Source: an uncultured virus (IMG/VR IMGVR_UViG_2877800095_000002) (taxonomy: Duplodnaviria > Heunggongvirae > Uroviricota > Caudoviricetes). From it: 64,000 bases of DNA. A program made the position numbers and the translations under genes. A model generated the notes under the pieces. The model had not been told where the DNA came from. It saw nothing but the letters and a program-made list of their open reading frames with translations, and did not search any database. Below, one piece after another: positions 26,110 to 35,565 of the stretch (the first letter of the stretch is position 1; every line of letters starts with the position of its first letter). The stretch lies in IMG/VR virus record IMGVR_UViG_2877800095_000002; one strand, written 5' to 3'.

Positions 26110-27391
26110 CGTGCCGCAGGCGAAGTTCCTGGCCCTGCCGCACAAGTTCTGCGGCTTCGTCGCGGGGTTCGGCTCCGGCAAGACGTGGGTGGGCTGCTCG
26201 GGCCTTGCCCAGCACGCCTGGGAGTGGCCGCGCATCAACGCCGGCTACTTCGCCCCGACCTACGCCCAGATCCGCGACATCTTCTATCCGACGATGGAGG
26301 AGGTGGCTTTCGACTGGGGCCTGCGCACCAAGATCAACCAGGCGAACCACGAGGTTCACCTCTACAGCGGCAGCGCCTACCGCACGACGATCATCTGCCG
26401 CTCCATGGAGAAGCCCCAGACCATCGTCGGTTTCAAGGTCGGTCGGTCCCTGGTGGACGAGCTCGACGTCCTGTCGCTGGTCAAGGCCCAGCAGGCCTGG
26501 CGCAAGATCATCGCGCGGATGCGCTACAAGGTGGACGGCCTGCGCAACCGTGTCGACGTCACCACCACCCCGGAAGGCTTCAAGTTCGTCTTCCAGCAGT
26601 TCGTGAAGCAGTTGCGCGAGAAGCCGCACCTGCAGGACCTGTATGGACTGGTCCAGGCCAGCACCTACGACAACGAGGCGAACCTGCCGGACGACTACAT
26701 CGATTCGCTGATGGAGTCGTACCCGCCGCAACTGATCGCGGCGTACCTGCGCGGCCAGTTCGTCAACCTGACGTCGGGCACGATCTACACCGCCTACGAC
26801 CGCACCCTCAACGCCTCGCAGGAGACCGTACAGCCCGGCGAAACGCTGTTCGTGGGCATGGACTTCAACGTCGGCAAGATGGCCGCCGTGGTGCATGTGA
26901 AGCGCCTGGGCCTGCCGCATGCGGTCGACGAGATCGTCAACGGGTACGACACCCCGGACATGATCCGCCAGATCAAGGAGCGGTTCTGGCTGTACGCCGA
27001 CGGTGACTACCGACCGACCCGCCAGATCAGGATCTACCCCGACGCCTCCGGCGACTCTCGCAAGTCCGTCCGGGCCAGCGAGACCGATATCGCGCTGCTC
27101 AAGCAGGCCGGCTTCGTCGTATCGGCTCCGGCCGCCAACCCGCCGGTCAAGGACCGGATCAACTCCATGAACGCCATGTTCTGCAACGCCAAGGGCGAGC
27201 GGCGGTATCGGGTCAATCCCGACCGCTGCCCGACCTACGCCGATGCCCTCGAGCAGCAGGTGTGGGGCACCAACGGTGAGCCGGACAAGTCCGCCGACAT
27301 CGATCACCCCAACGATGCTGCGGGCTACTTCATTCACAAGGAATTCCCGGTCGAGCGACCTGCGGCCGTTGTTACCACCCTGAGGTTCTGA
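26096..27391 (+). CDS. terL: Terminase large subunit
   Basis: Walker A GFGSGKT, LVDE, TTTPEG, nuclease GMDFN, DHPNDA. Confidence 0.95.
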   Translation: MPTLNVPQAKFLALPHKFCGFVAGFGSGKTWVGCSGLAQHAWEWPRINAGYFAPTYAQIRDIFYPTMEEVAFDWGLRTKINQANHEVHLYSGSAYRTTIICRSMEKPQTIVGFKVGRSLVDELDVLSLVKAQQAWRKIIARMRYKVDGLRNRVDVTTTPEGFKFVFQQFVKQLREKPHLQDLYGLVQASTYDNEANLPDDYIDSLMESYPPQLIAAYLRGQFVNLTSGTIYTAYDRTLNASQETVQPGETLFVGMDFNVGKMAAVVHVKRLGLPHAVDEIVNGYDTPDMIRQIKERFWLYADGDYRPTRQIRIYPDASGDSRKSVRASETDIALLKQAGFVVSAPAANPPVKDRINSMNAMFCNAKGERRYRVNPDRCPTYADALEQQVWGTNGEPDKSADIDHPNDAAGYFIHKEFPVERPAAVVTTLRF

Positions 27392-27393
27392 CC

Positions 27394-28749
27394 ATGAGCG
27401 ATTCCGTTTGCCAGTGCTGCGCTGCTGTCGAGGAGATGCGCGAGCACTGGAAGCTGATCGATTGCATCAAGGGCGGCACCTCGGCCATGCGCGAGGCGGG
27501 GGAGGCGTACCTGCCCAAGCGGCAGCTCGAGACGAGGGAGGACTATGAAGCGCGGCTGAAGCTGGCGACGCTGCACCCCGCGTTCGAGGAAACGGTCGGC
27601 GCCATGGTGGGGCGAGTGTTTGCGAAGCCGGTCGTGATCGGCGATGACGTGCAGCAGGAGATCGCCGACCTGCTGACCGACGTGGATACGGAGGGACGTG
27701 ACCTGCAAGTGTTCGCCCAAGACTGGTTCCGCGGCGGGCTGGAGTATGGCCTGAAGTTCGCCCTGGTCGAGATACCGCAACGGCCAGAGGATCTGCCGAA
27801 CACACGACAGGCCGAGCAACAGGCCGGCTTCAGGCCCTACGGGGTGCTGATCGAGCCTGGCCAGGTGCTGGGATGGAAGACCGGCAAGGTTGCTGGTGTC
27901 GACAGCCTGACCCAGTTCCGCTTCCGGACGTGCCGGGTTGAGGAGGTGGACGAGTTCACCAACGAATCCGTTGAGCAGATCCGCGTCATCGAGCCCCGCC
28001 GGCATCGCGTGTTCGAGGAGGGCAAGGATGGATGGGAGATGGTGTCGGACACGCCGAACACGCTCGGCTTCATTCCCTTGGTGCCGTATTACACCGCGCG
28101 CACTGGATTCCTCACGGCGAAGCCACCGCTGCTCGAGCTCGCCCACCTGGTGGCGAAGCACTGGTGGCTCCAGTCCTCTCTGGACAGTCTGGTTGATGTC
28201 GCCTGCGTGCCGATCCTGGTGATGACTGGCGTAGACTCCGGCGACGAGCTGGCCATCGGCGCGCGCTCCGCGGTGAAGTTGCCTCGGGAAGCCGACATGA
28301 AGTACGTCGAGCACACCGGCGCCGCCATCAAGACCGCGCGGGAACAGCTTGACTCACTGCAAGAGGAGATGAGGCAGGCCGGTGCGAAGCTGGTGGAGAA
28401 GTCCACCCAGGTCATGACGGCGAAGCAGTCTGGCGAGGAATCGGCGAAGGAGACCAGCAAACTGGCGATGATGTGCCAGGGCCTGCAGGACAGCCTGGTG
28501 CTGTTCCTGTCGTACTTCTCCCTCGCACTGAACAACCGCGCCGAGGGCGGCACCGTGCAGCTCCAGCCGAATCTCGACCCGGATTATGCTCCGGCCGAGA
28601 CCATGGGTGTGCTGCAGCATATGCGTGACGGCGGCTCGTTGTCAGACCAGACCCTGTTCAACGAGGCCCAGCGCCGCGGCATGCTTGCCGAGGACCTGGA
28701 CTGGGAGTCGGAGCAGGAGCGGATCCGCAACCAGGAACCTGCGATATGA
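27394..28749 (+). CDS. Portal protein (DUF4055-like)
   Basis: Follows terL; GG..AMR.AGE.YLP..Y.ARL. Confidence 0.85.
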   Translation: MSDSVCQCCAAVEEMREHWKLIDCIKGGTSAMREAGEAYLPKRQLETREDYEARLKLATLHPAFEETVGAMVGRVFAKPVVIGDDVQQEIADLLTDVDTEGRDLQVFAQDWFRGGLEYGLKFALVEIPQRPEDLPNTRQAEQQAGFRPYGVLIEPGQVLGWKTGKVAGVDSLTQFRFRTCRVEEVDEFTNESVEQIRVIEPRRHRVFEEGKDGWEMVSDTPNTLGFIPLVPYYTARTGFLTAKPPLLELAHLVAKHWWLQSSLDSLVDVACVPILVMTGVDSGDELAIGARSAVKLPREADMKYVEHTGAAIKTAREQLDSLQEEMRQAGAKLVEKSTQVMTAKQSGEESAKETSKLAMMCQGLQDSLVLFLSYFSLALNNRAEGGTVQLQPNLDPDYAPAETMGVLQHMRDGGSLSDQTLFNEAQRRGMLAEDLDWESEQERIRNQEPAI

Positions 28750-29825
28750 CTCGCTTGGAGGTGCTGCTGGCGGAGTTGTATACCGACCATGGTATCGACC
28801 TGATCAGGACCACGGCGGGTATGTCGAAGGAAGTCGAGGAGAAGATCACCGAACTCGCCGAGGAGTTGGTGAAGCTGCTGCAGGGCCGCCGGTTGCCGCT
28901 GAAGAACGTCAAGGAGGTCAACGCGATCCTCGACGAGGCGGCCAAGGCAATCAAGGCGCAGTACACCGAGATCGCTGCGGCACATGATGCCAACCTGCGG
29001 CAACTCGCGGTCATCGAAGGAGGCTTCGCGTCGAACTCAGTCAACAGTCTGGTGAGCCGGCCAATCATGCTCGGCGTCGGCAAGAACCGACTCAGCGCTG
29101 TGGTTGCGAATACGCTCATCGAGGGCGCGCCGACCAAGCAATGGTGGCTCAAACAGGCTGCGGATGTGTCGTTCCGGTTCGCCGGTGTGGTGCGCAATGG
29201 CTTCGTGAACGGCGAGACTACGGAACAGATGGTCACCCAGATCGTCGGCCGCCGGGCTCGGGGCGACCAACCACCGGTGAAGGGCTTCATGGATGTCAGC
29301 AAGCGCGCGGCCCGGACCTTGGTCCACAACAGCGCCCAAGCGGTGGCCAATGGCGCCAGGATGGAGGTCTACAAGGCCAATTCTGGCGAGAATGGACCGG
29401 TGAAAGGGTATCGCCAGCTCAGCACATTGGACTCGCACACCACTGAAATCTGCATGGTCTACGACCAGAAGACTTGGGATCTGCAGTTCAGGCCTGTGGG
29501 GCACTCGTTGCCGTACAAGCAAGGTTGCCCGCGGCACTGGGGGTGTCGCAGTACCACTCTGCCTTGGCTCAAGACGATGCGTGAGCTAGGTATCGACGTC
29601 GACGAGGTGAAGAGCACCCGGGCGTCGATGGACGGCCAGGTGCCGGCCAGTCTGAACTTCGAGACATGGCTCAAGGGTAAGTCGAAGGCCTTCCAGGACG
29701 AGAAGCTGGGGCCCGGTCGCGCCGACCTCTGGCGCCGAGGCGTCATCACCTTGAGCGACCTGCTGGACCAGCGGGGCAACCCGCTGAGTCTGGCGCAACT
29801 CAAGTCGCTGTACGCGCCCGACTGA
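28746..29825 (+). CDS. MuF/SPP1 gp7-like minor head protein
   Basis: STLDSHTT.IC..D, PRHWGCRS. Confidence 0.88.
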   Translation: MTRLEVLLAELYTDHGIDLIRTTAGMSKEVEEKITELAEELVKLLQGRRLPLKNVKEVNAILDEAAKAIKAQYTEIAAAHDANLRQLAVIEGGFASNSVNSLVSRPIMLGVGKNRLSAVVANTLIEGAPTKQWWLKQAADVSFRFAGVVRNGFVNGETTEQMVTQIVGRRARGDQPPVKGFMDVSKRAARTLVHNSAQAVANGARMEVYKANSGENGPVKGYRQLSTLDSHTTEICMVYDQKTWDLQFRPVGHSLPYKQGCPRHWGCRSTTLPWLKTMRELGIDVDEVKSTRASMDGQVPASLNFETWLKGKSKAFQDEKLGPGRADLWRRGVITLSDLLDQRGNPLSLAQLKSLYAPD

Positions 29826-29954
29826 TCTGATCACCAATTCGTGTAGGCCCCGGCAATGTCCGGGGCTTTTTTTATGCCTGCGTTTCGGATGGAGCGGGGC
29901 GCCTTCCGGGCCGGATGGCCCATCGCAATGGCCGGATGGCCGGAGAAAGACGAG

Positions 29955-30698
29955 ATGAAACTGAAGACTGTCGAAGTCGAAGGCAAGCAATACGCCGAGG
30001 TCCAGGATGGCAAGCCGGTCTACGTGGAAGATGACGGTAAGGAGATCGCTTTCGATGCGGTCGGTACCCGAGCCACCATCACCCGCTTGAACGGAGAGGC
30101 CAAGCAGCACCGCGAGCGGGCGGAGAAGGCCGAGAAGATCGCAAAAGACTTCGAAGGCATCGAGGACCCGGCCGCAGCGCGCAAAGCCCTGGAAACCGTC
30201 GCCAATCTCGACGCGAAGAAGCTGGTGGATGCCGGCGAGATCGAGAAGGTAAAGGCTGAAATCGGCAAGGCTTACGACTCCAAGCTGACCGAGGCCACCA
30301 CGCGCGCGGAGCAGTTGGAGCAGCAGCTCTACGCCGAGAAGATCGGCGGCAGCTTCTCCCGCTCGAAGTTCGTGGCCGACCGCCTGGCTGTTCCGGCCGA
30401 CATGGTGCAGTCCGTGTTCGGCAAGCACCTGAAAATCGAGGACGGCAATGTCGTGGCCTACGACGCCCACGGCAACAAGCTGTACAGCAAGGCCCGTCCC
30501 GGCGAGGCCGCCGACTTCGATGAAGCGCTGGAGATTCTCGTCGACCAGTACCCCTACCGCGACCAGATCCTGAAGGGCTCTGGCCACTCTGGCGGCGGAA
30601 CGCCCCCGGGCGGCAAGCCCTCCGGCAGCACGGCCAAGTCGCTCGCCGACTGCAAGACCGAGGCCGAGAAGGTCGCCTACCTCGAAACGATCAAGTAA
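29955..30698 (+). CDS. Capsid scaffolding protein
   Basis: Coiled-coil protein just before the capsid gene. Confidence 0.75.
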   Translation: MKLKTVEVEGKQYAEVQDGKPVYVEDDGKEIAFDAVGTRATITRLNGEAKQHRERAEKAEKIAKDFEGIEDPAAARKALETVANLDAKKLVDAGEIEKVKAEIGKAYDSKLTEATTRAEQLEQQLYAEKIGGSFSRSKFVADRLAVPADMVQSVFGKHLKIEDGNVVAYDAHGNKLYSKARPGEAADFDEALEILVDQYPYRDQILKGSGHSGGGTPPGGKPSGSTAKSLADCKTEAEKVAYLETIK

Positions 30699-30707
30699 GG
30701 AGGCCAC

Positions 30708-31679
30708 ATGCCTTTTGATCTCGCTGTATTCAACAAGCAGACCTACACGGCTCTGACCGAAACCGTCGCCCAGGCGATCGACAAATTCAACCAGGCATCC
30801 GCCGGCACCATCGTTCTGCAGAACGCGCCGGCGCAGGGCGACTTCGACATCAAGGCCAGCTTCAAGCTGATCGCCAATCTGGTGCGCCGCCGCAACGTCT
30901 ACGGCAACGGCGACGTGGCTGCGACTCGTCTGACGCAGTTGCTCAACGCCGCGGTGAAGGTCGCCGCCGGCACGCCACCGATCGAGTATGAAGCGGCCCA
31001 GTACAACTGGGTGTTGCAGAACCCGGCGTTGGCGGCCCTGACCATCGGTGAGCAACTGGGTAAAGCACGGGTCGCGGACATGCTGAACACCGCCATCCGC
31101 GGCGCGGTGGCTGCAATCAGCGGTCACTCCGACGCGACCCATGGCAGCGCCACCGAGACCGCAACCTTCCGCACCCTGAACAAGGCGGCGTTCAAGTTCG
31201 GTGACCGCGCCAACGCCATCGCGGCCTGGGTGTTCCATTCCAGCGTGGTCAGCGATCTCTACGACAACGCTCTTGCGAACGCCGAGAACCTGTTCACCTA
31301 CGACGGCGTGAACGTGATGCGCGACCCGTTCGGCCGTCTGTTCGTGGTGACCGACGCCGACTCGCTGATCGTGCCGGCTGGCGCCGACCCCGAGGCCAAC
31401 CCAGCTTCGTTCCGTTCGCTGGGCCTGGTGCAGAGCTCGGTGCTGGTGACTGGCAACAACGACTTCGACGCTGTTCTGAACCGCACTACCGGCAAGGAGA
31501 ACCTGGGTTCGGTCTACCAGGCCGAATGGAGCTACAACCTGGGCGTGCTCGGTTACACCTGGAAGACCGGTACGGGCGGCGCTTCGCCGAACGATACCGC
31601 GATCGGCACCGCGGCGAACTGGGAGCGCACCGCCACCAGCGTCAAAGACACCGCCGGCGTTCTGGTGCTGAGCAAGTAG
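30708..31679 (+). CDS. Major capsid protein
   Basis: Position, 323 aa, AAGGAGG RBS, following terminator. Confidence 0.85.
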   Translation: MPFDLAVFNKQTYTALTETVAQAIDKFNQASAGTIVLQNAPAQGDFDIKASFKLIANLVRRRNVYGNGDVAATRLTQLLNAAVKVAAGTPPIEYEAAQYNWVLQNPALAALTIGEQLGKARVADMLNTAIRGAVAAISGHSDATHGSATETATFRTLNKAAFKFGDRANAIAAWVFHSSVVSDLYDNALANAENLFTYDGVNVMRDPFGRLFVVTDADSLIVPAGADPEANPASFRSLGLVQSSVLVTGNNDFDAVLNRTTGKENLGSVYQAEWSYNLGVLGYTWKTGTGGASPNDTAIGTAANWERTATSVKDTAGVLVLSK

Positions 31680-31720
31680 CCGCAGAGGGGCCGCCAGGCC
31701 CCCTTTTCATGAGGTGGACA

Positions 31721-32206
31721 ATGACCAAGAAGATTCTGTGGTTCGTAGCTGGCCCGGCGACCTCGGACCAGATGGAGTTCGCCCAGCGCAATGGGCTGAC
31801 GATTCGGGATCCGCTCGCCTATCGCCAGGGTGACTTCCTCGAACAGGCCGATGCGGTGGCCGGCGAGGTGCCGCGGGCATACTCGGTGGCCTACGACCTG
31901 ATCGAACTGCAAACCAACGGTGCTGCGAAGGCTCCGGGCATCCATGACGGCGAGCCCACCCTCGACGAAATCAAGGCTGACCTGAAGGCCCTCGGCGTCG
32001 CGTTCGATGGGCGTGCAGGCAAGGCTGCGTTGGCGAAACTGCTCGCCGAGGCGAAGGCGGCCCAGGAGCCCTCGCAGTTGAACGACGAGCAGGTGCTGGC
32101 GCGTCTCGTTGAACTGGGTGTCGAGGTGCCGGAAGGCGCCACGTCCGATTCGCTGCGCGAGCTCCTGAAGGCGACCGAGGAGAAAGCCAATGGCGGTGGT
32201 GACTGA
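31721..32206 (+). CDS. Virion-associated protein with two HeH/LEM-like repeats
   Basis: EIKADLKALGV.F...A.KA.L and L.ELGVE.PEGAT...L. Confidence 0.6.
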   Translation: MTKKILWFVAGPATSDQMEFAQRNGLTIRDPLAYRQGDFLEQADAVAGEVPRAYSVAYDLIELQTNGAAKAPGIHDGEPTLDEIKADLKALGVAFDGRAGKAALAKLLAEAKAAQEPSQLNDEQVLARLVELGVEVPEGATSDSLRELLKATEEKANGGGD

Positions 32207-32654
32207 GGGTGACAGCGCCAACAGTTACGTCTCCGTCGACCAGGCTACCGAGTATCACGCTCAGCGCGGCAATGCTGCCTGGGCGTCGGCCTCCAATGAC
32301 AGCCGCTCCTCGGCACTGATCAGGGCGACCGACTACATCGACCGCAGCTATCAATTCCGAGGCTCGAAGGTCGACCCGGACCAGCCGCTGGAGTTTCCAC
32401 GCACCGGCCTGGCCTGGCCGAACCGGAAGCTGCAGGCCGCAACGTGCGAACTGGCCCTGCTGGCGCTCGACGGGCCGCTGGATAAGGTACAGCAGGCCTC
32501 CGCTGTGAAATCCGAGACGGTGGGGCCCCTCACCACGGTCTACGCCGATCCGGTGAACCAGGGGCAGCCGCGCTACGTTGCAGTGGATCGGCTTCTGGAG
32601 GCGCTGACCGTCGGCGGCGGCATGTTCAACGTCAGGGTGTCGAGGATGAGCTGA
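32190..32654 (+). CDS. Head-tail adaptor
   Basis: ANSYVSV..A..Y, AL.RATDYID, Q.L.FPR. Confidence 0.75.
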   Translation: MAVVTEGDSANSYVSVDQATEYHAQRGNAAWASASNDSRSSALIRATDYIDRSYQFRGSKVDPDQPLEFPRTGLAWPNRKLQAATCELALLALDGPLDKVQQASAVKSETVGPLTTVYADPVNQGQPRYVAVDRLLEALTVGGGMFNVRVSRMS

Positions 32655-33043
32655 TGGCTGATATCTACGACCGTTCCCGGGCGATGGCCATTCGTATGCT
32701 GGCACCGCGGAGCAAGGGCGGTAGGGGGCTTGAGCTACGCCTGACCAAGTTCGAGCAGGGCGAGTACGACCCGGCGACCGGTGGAAGTCCAACCATCGAG
32801 CGCCGCTTCGATGGTTCCGGCATGCGCCAGGACTACGATGTGCGGGTTATCGACGGTTCGCTGATCCAACAGGGTGATGTCGAGATCATCATGTCTCCAG
32901 TGCAGCTTGGGGGGCAGGACATGCCGGCGCCGAGGAACGGCGACCGTATCGAGTTCGACGGCGAGGCCTTCAAGGTGGTGACTGCGAAAGCCTGGAATTA
33001 TGCCGGCCTGGGCATCGGCTTCGTCGCGCAAGCGAGGAGGTAG
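32654..33043 (+). CDS. Head closure protein
   Basis: Synteny; YDPATG motif. Confidence 0.7.
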   Translation: MADIYDRSRAMAIRMLAPRSKGGRGLELRLTKFEQGEYDPATGGSPTIERRFDGSGMRQDYDVRVIDGSLIQQGDVEIIMSPVQLGGQDMPAPRNGDRIEFDGEAFKVVTAKAWNYAGLGIGFVAQARR

Positions 33044-33046
33044 CGC

Positions 33047-33721
33047 ATGGCCCGTGGCTCTCGCATGCGTCAACGCTACTCGGGGCGCCAGGGCAGCTTC
33101 GCTGCAGCGGTGGCGCAATTCCGCGACCAAGCCTTGGCTGCCGGCGATGCGATCTACCAGCGGATCATGTTGGACCTGTCGGTCAAGGTGATCGAGAAAT
33201 CTCCAGTCGGTGACCCGGAGCGGTGGGCCGCGAACGTCGCCTACCGCCAGCGAGCGAGTGCTGCGGCGGACCGCTACGACGAGAACGTTGCGATTCGCAA
33301 CACCCTGATCAACCTGAATCCGAGCAACTTCACCAGGAACGGGAAGCTACGTCGAGGCGTGAAGCACGCGAAGCCGCTGACCAAGGCGGAGCGTGACCAG
33401 AACTTCGACGTCAACGGGATGGTGGCCGGGCGCGGGTATGTTGGCGGGCGCTTTCGGGCCAACTGGCAGTTCAGCATTGGCACGGCCGCACCGGGAGAGA
33501 TTGATGACGTCGACCCGACTGGCAGCAAGGCAATTTCTGCAGTGACCGCTGGGGTCCAGCCGCTGAAGCTCGGTGATACCGCCTACCTGGTGAACAACCT
33601 GCCGTATGCGGTACCGCTGGAGTACGGGCACTCCAGCCAGGCGCCGGCTGGCATGGTCCGGGTGACCATCGCCGAATTCCAGCAGATTGTGGAGGCCGCC
33701 GTCAGGGCGAACCAGGTATGA
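33047..33721 (+). CDS. HK97 gp10-like tail completion protein
   Basis: SPV..GRFRANW, NNLPYA.PLEYGHSSQAP.GMV. Confidence 0.8.
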   Translation: MARGSRMRQRYSGRQGSFAAAVAQFRDQALAAGDAIYQRIMLDLSVKVIEKSPVGDPERWAANVAYRQRASAAADRYDENVAIRNTLINLNPSNFTRNGKLRRGVKHAKPLTKAERDQNFDVNGMVAGRGYVGGRFRANWQFSIGTAAPGEIDDVDPTGSKAISAVTAGVQPLKLGDTAYLVNNLPYAVPLEYGHSSQAPAGMVRVTIAEFQQIVEAAVRANQV

Positions 33722-34128
33722 GTCACGAGATCATTCAGCAACTGTTCGAGGCTAGCCTGGACGTCTGGGCGAAGGCCAAGGGGATCCCGGTCGCGTACCC
33801 GAATGTGACGTTCGAACCGACGCCGGGTGCCATCTATCTACGCTGCTTCACGCTGCCCGCTGGCACTACCAGTAGCGACTTGGGCGGCTACCACCGGGGC
33901 TTCACAGGTGTGTTCCAGATCAGCATCGTGGTCCCAGGCGGGCAGGGCACCGGCGTTGCCGCAGACATCATCGCCGAGTTAGGTCAGCAGTTCCCTCTCT
34001 ACAGCGAGTTGTCTCGTCCCGGTTTCTCTGTGCAGGTGGTGAGCCCACCAGCGCCGGGACCCTGGATATCGGGGGACATCGCCGATACCAAACCAGTCTC
34101 CATCGGCTATCGCGCCGACATCTTCTGA
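33718..34128 (+). CDS. Tail terminator
   Basis: Synteny; G.FQISI..P.G.G. Confidence 0.7.
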   Translation: MSHEIIQQLFEASLDVWAKAKGIPVAYPNVTFEPTPGAIYLRCFTLPAGTTSSDLGGYHRGFTGVFQISIVVPGGQGTGVAADIIAELGQQFPLYSELSRPGFSVQVVSPPAPGPWISGDIADTKPVSIGYRADIF

Positions 34129-34195
34129 TCGCCCGCATGGGCACACCAGCACCCGCCATGAGCGGGTTTTTTCATTTCCACACGAGGAAAACTCC

Positions 34196-34849
34196 ATGTC
34201 CGCAAGCCTCCCCAACGGCGCGCTGCTGGCCATTGCTGCCACCTACGGCCCGGCTATTCCGATTACCGCTGTCTCCAACGCCAAGCCAGCGGTTGCTACC
34301 GCAGATGCTCACGGCCTGCTGGTCGGTGACGTCGTGTCGCTGGTGTCCGGCTGGACTGGCCTGAACGGCCGAGCCGTCAAGGTCGCAGTTTCCACCGAGG
34401 ACACCTTCTCCCTGGGCAATATCGATACCACCGATGTGATCCGCTACCCGGCCGGCGGCGGTATCGGCTCGGCGAAGAAGGTCCTCACCTGGCAGCAGAT
34501 CCAGCAGGTGATGAACCCGACCACCTCCGGCGGCGAACAGCAGTTCGTCCAGTACCAGTACCTCGAGGACGATGACCAGCGCCAGTTGCCTACCTTCCGC
34601 AACGCTCAGTCGTTCTCGATGCCGATCGCCGACGACCCCAACTTGCCGCAGTGGGCGGTGATTGAGGCGGCGGACCAGAGTAAAGCGCTGCAGGTGATCC
34701 GCCTGACGCTGCGCAACGGATCGGAGGTTTTCTACAACGGCTACGTCTCGGTCAGCGACACCCCGACCCTGAACGTCAACGAAATCATGACCCGGACCCT
34801 GACCATCGCTCTCGATGGCCGCCCGGTTCGCTACAACCCGGCCCCCTAA
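34196..34849 (+). CDS. Major tail tube protein
   Basis: LPNGA start, GGEQQF..YLED..Q.PT. Confidence 0.85.
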   Translation: MSASLPNGALLAIAATYGPAIPITAVSNAKPAVATADAHGLLVGDVVSLVSGWTGLNGRAVKVAVSTEDTFSLGNIDTTDVIRYPAGGGIGSAKKVLTWQQIQQVMNPTTSGGEQQFVQYQYLEDDDQRQLPTFRNAQSFSMPIADDPNLPQWAVIEAADQSKALQVIRLTLRNGSEVFYNGYVSVSDTPTLNVNEIMTRTLTIALDGRPVRYNPAP

Positions 34850-34858
34850 GGAACTGTC

Positions 34859-35239
34859 ATGGCGAAGAAGTTCAGTATCGCGCAGGCGCCTACCTTCGAA
34901 TCCAGTGTGGAGATTCCCCGTCTCGGCGGGGAGTCCATCAAGGTGCCATTCACCTTCAAGTACCTGGATCGTGAAGATCTGGCCGACCTCTACAGCAGTT
35001 GGGGAGAGCGGTTCAAGCGCTTGGTCGAGGAGACTCGTGAGCAGTCTCTGGAAGCGTTCACCACGGCTCAGATCGACCTCCAGGTTGAGCAGGTACAAGC
35101 CGTTGTGGCCGGGTGGGGGTTCGACGAGGCGTTCACCGAGGCCAACGTCCGGCTGCTGGTGTCCTCCCTGGTCAGCGTGCCCGAGGCCATCCTCGAGGCT
35201 TACCAGAGCGCCTACAGCAGAGGGCGCTTGGGAAACTGA
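34859..35239 (+). CDS. Tail assembly chaperone (G)
   Basis: Position; ends in slippery G GGA AAC. Confidence 0.85.
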   Translation: MAKKFSIAQAPTFESSVEIPRLGGESIKVPFTFKYLDREDLADLYSSWGERFKRLVEETREQSLEAFTTAQIDLQVEQVQAVVAGWGFDEAFTEANVRLLVSSLVSVPEAILEAYQSAYSRGRLGN

Positions 35240-35565
35240 AGCGCGCCGCACAGGAACTCTATCGGCCTGTAGCCAGCCCCCAGGAGCTGGCGCAGTTCGG
35301 ATTGTCTCCAGATGACTTCGACGAAAGCGACGAGCAGATGGAGCTTTGGCCCTGCAACTGGACGGCATTCATCGTCTTCGAGGCGATGAGCACCCAGTGG
35401 CGGGCTGGCATGTGTGGCGCAACAGGCCTGGATTACACCGCATTGCCGGTGGTGATGCAGATGTGCGGCGTAGCCGCTGGTGAGCAACCCGCGGTATTCG
35501 CGGATATCCGGGTGATGGAAGACGCTGCGCTGAAGGCCTTCCGCGAGCAGAGGGAGTCGGGATGA
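35230..35565 (+). CDS. Tail chaperone GT extension via -1 frameshift (DUF1799-like)
   Basis: GGGAAAC at 35230-35236; -1 frame open with TQWR..G..GLDY. Confidence 0.8.
   Translation, partial: GKLKRAAQELYRPVASPQELAQFGLSPDDFDESDEQMELWPCNWTAFIVFEAMSTQWRAGMCGATGLDYTALPVVMQMCGVAAGEQPAVFADIRVMEDAALKAFREQRESG

Noticed and set aside
29586..31238. 550-aa minus-strand ORF
   Set aside because: Antisense to the scaffold and capsid genes
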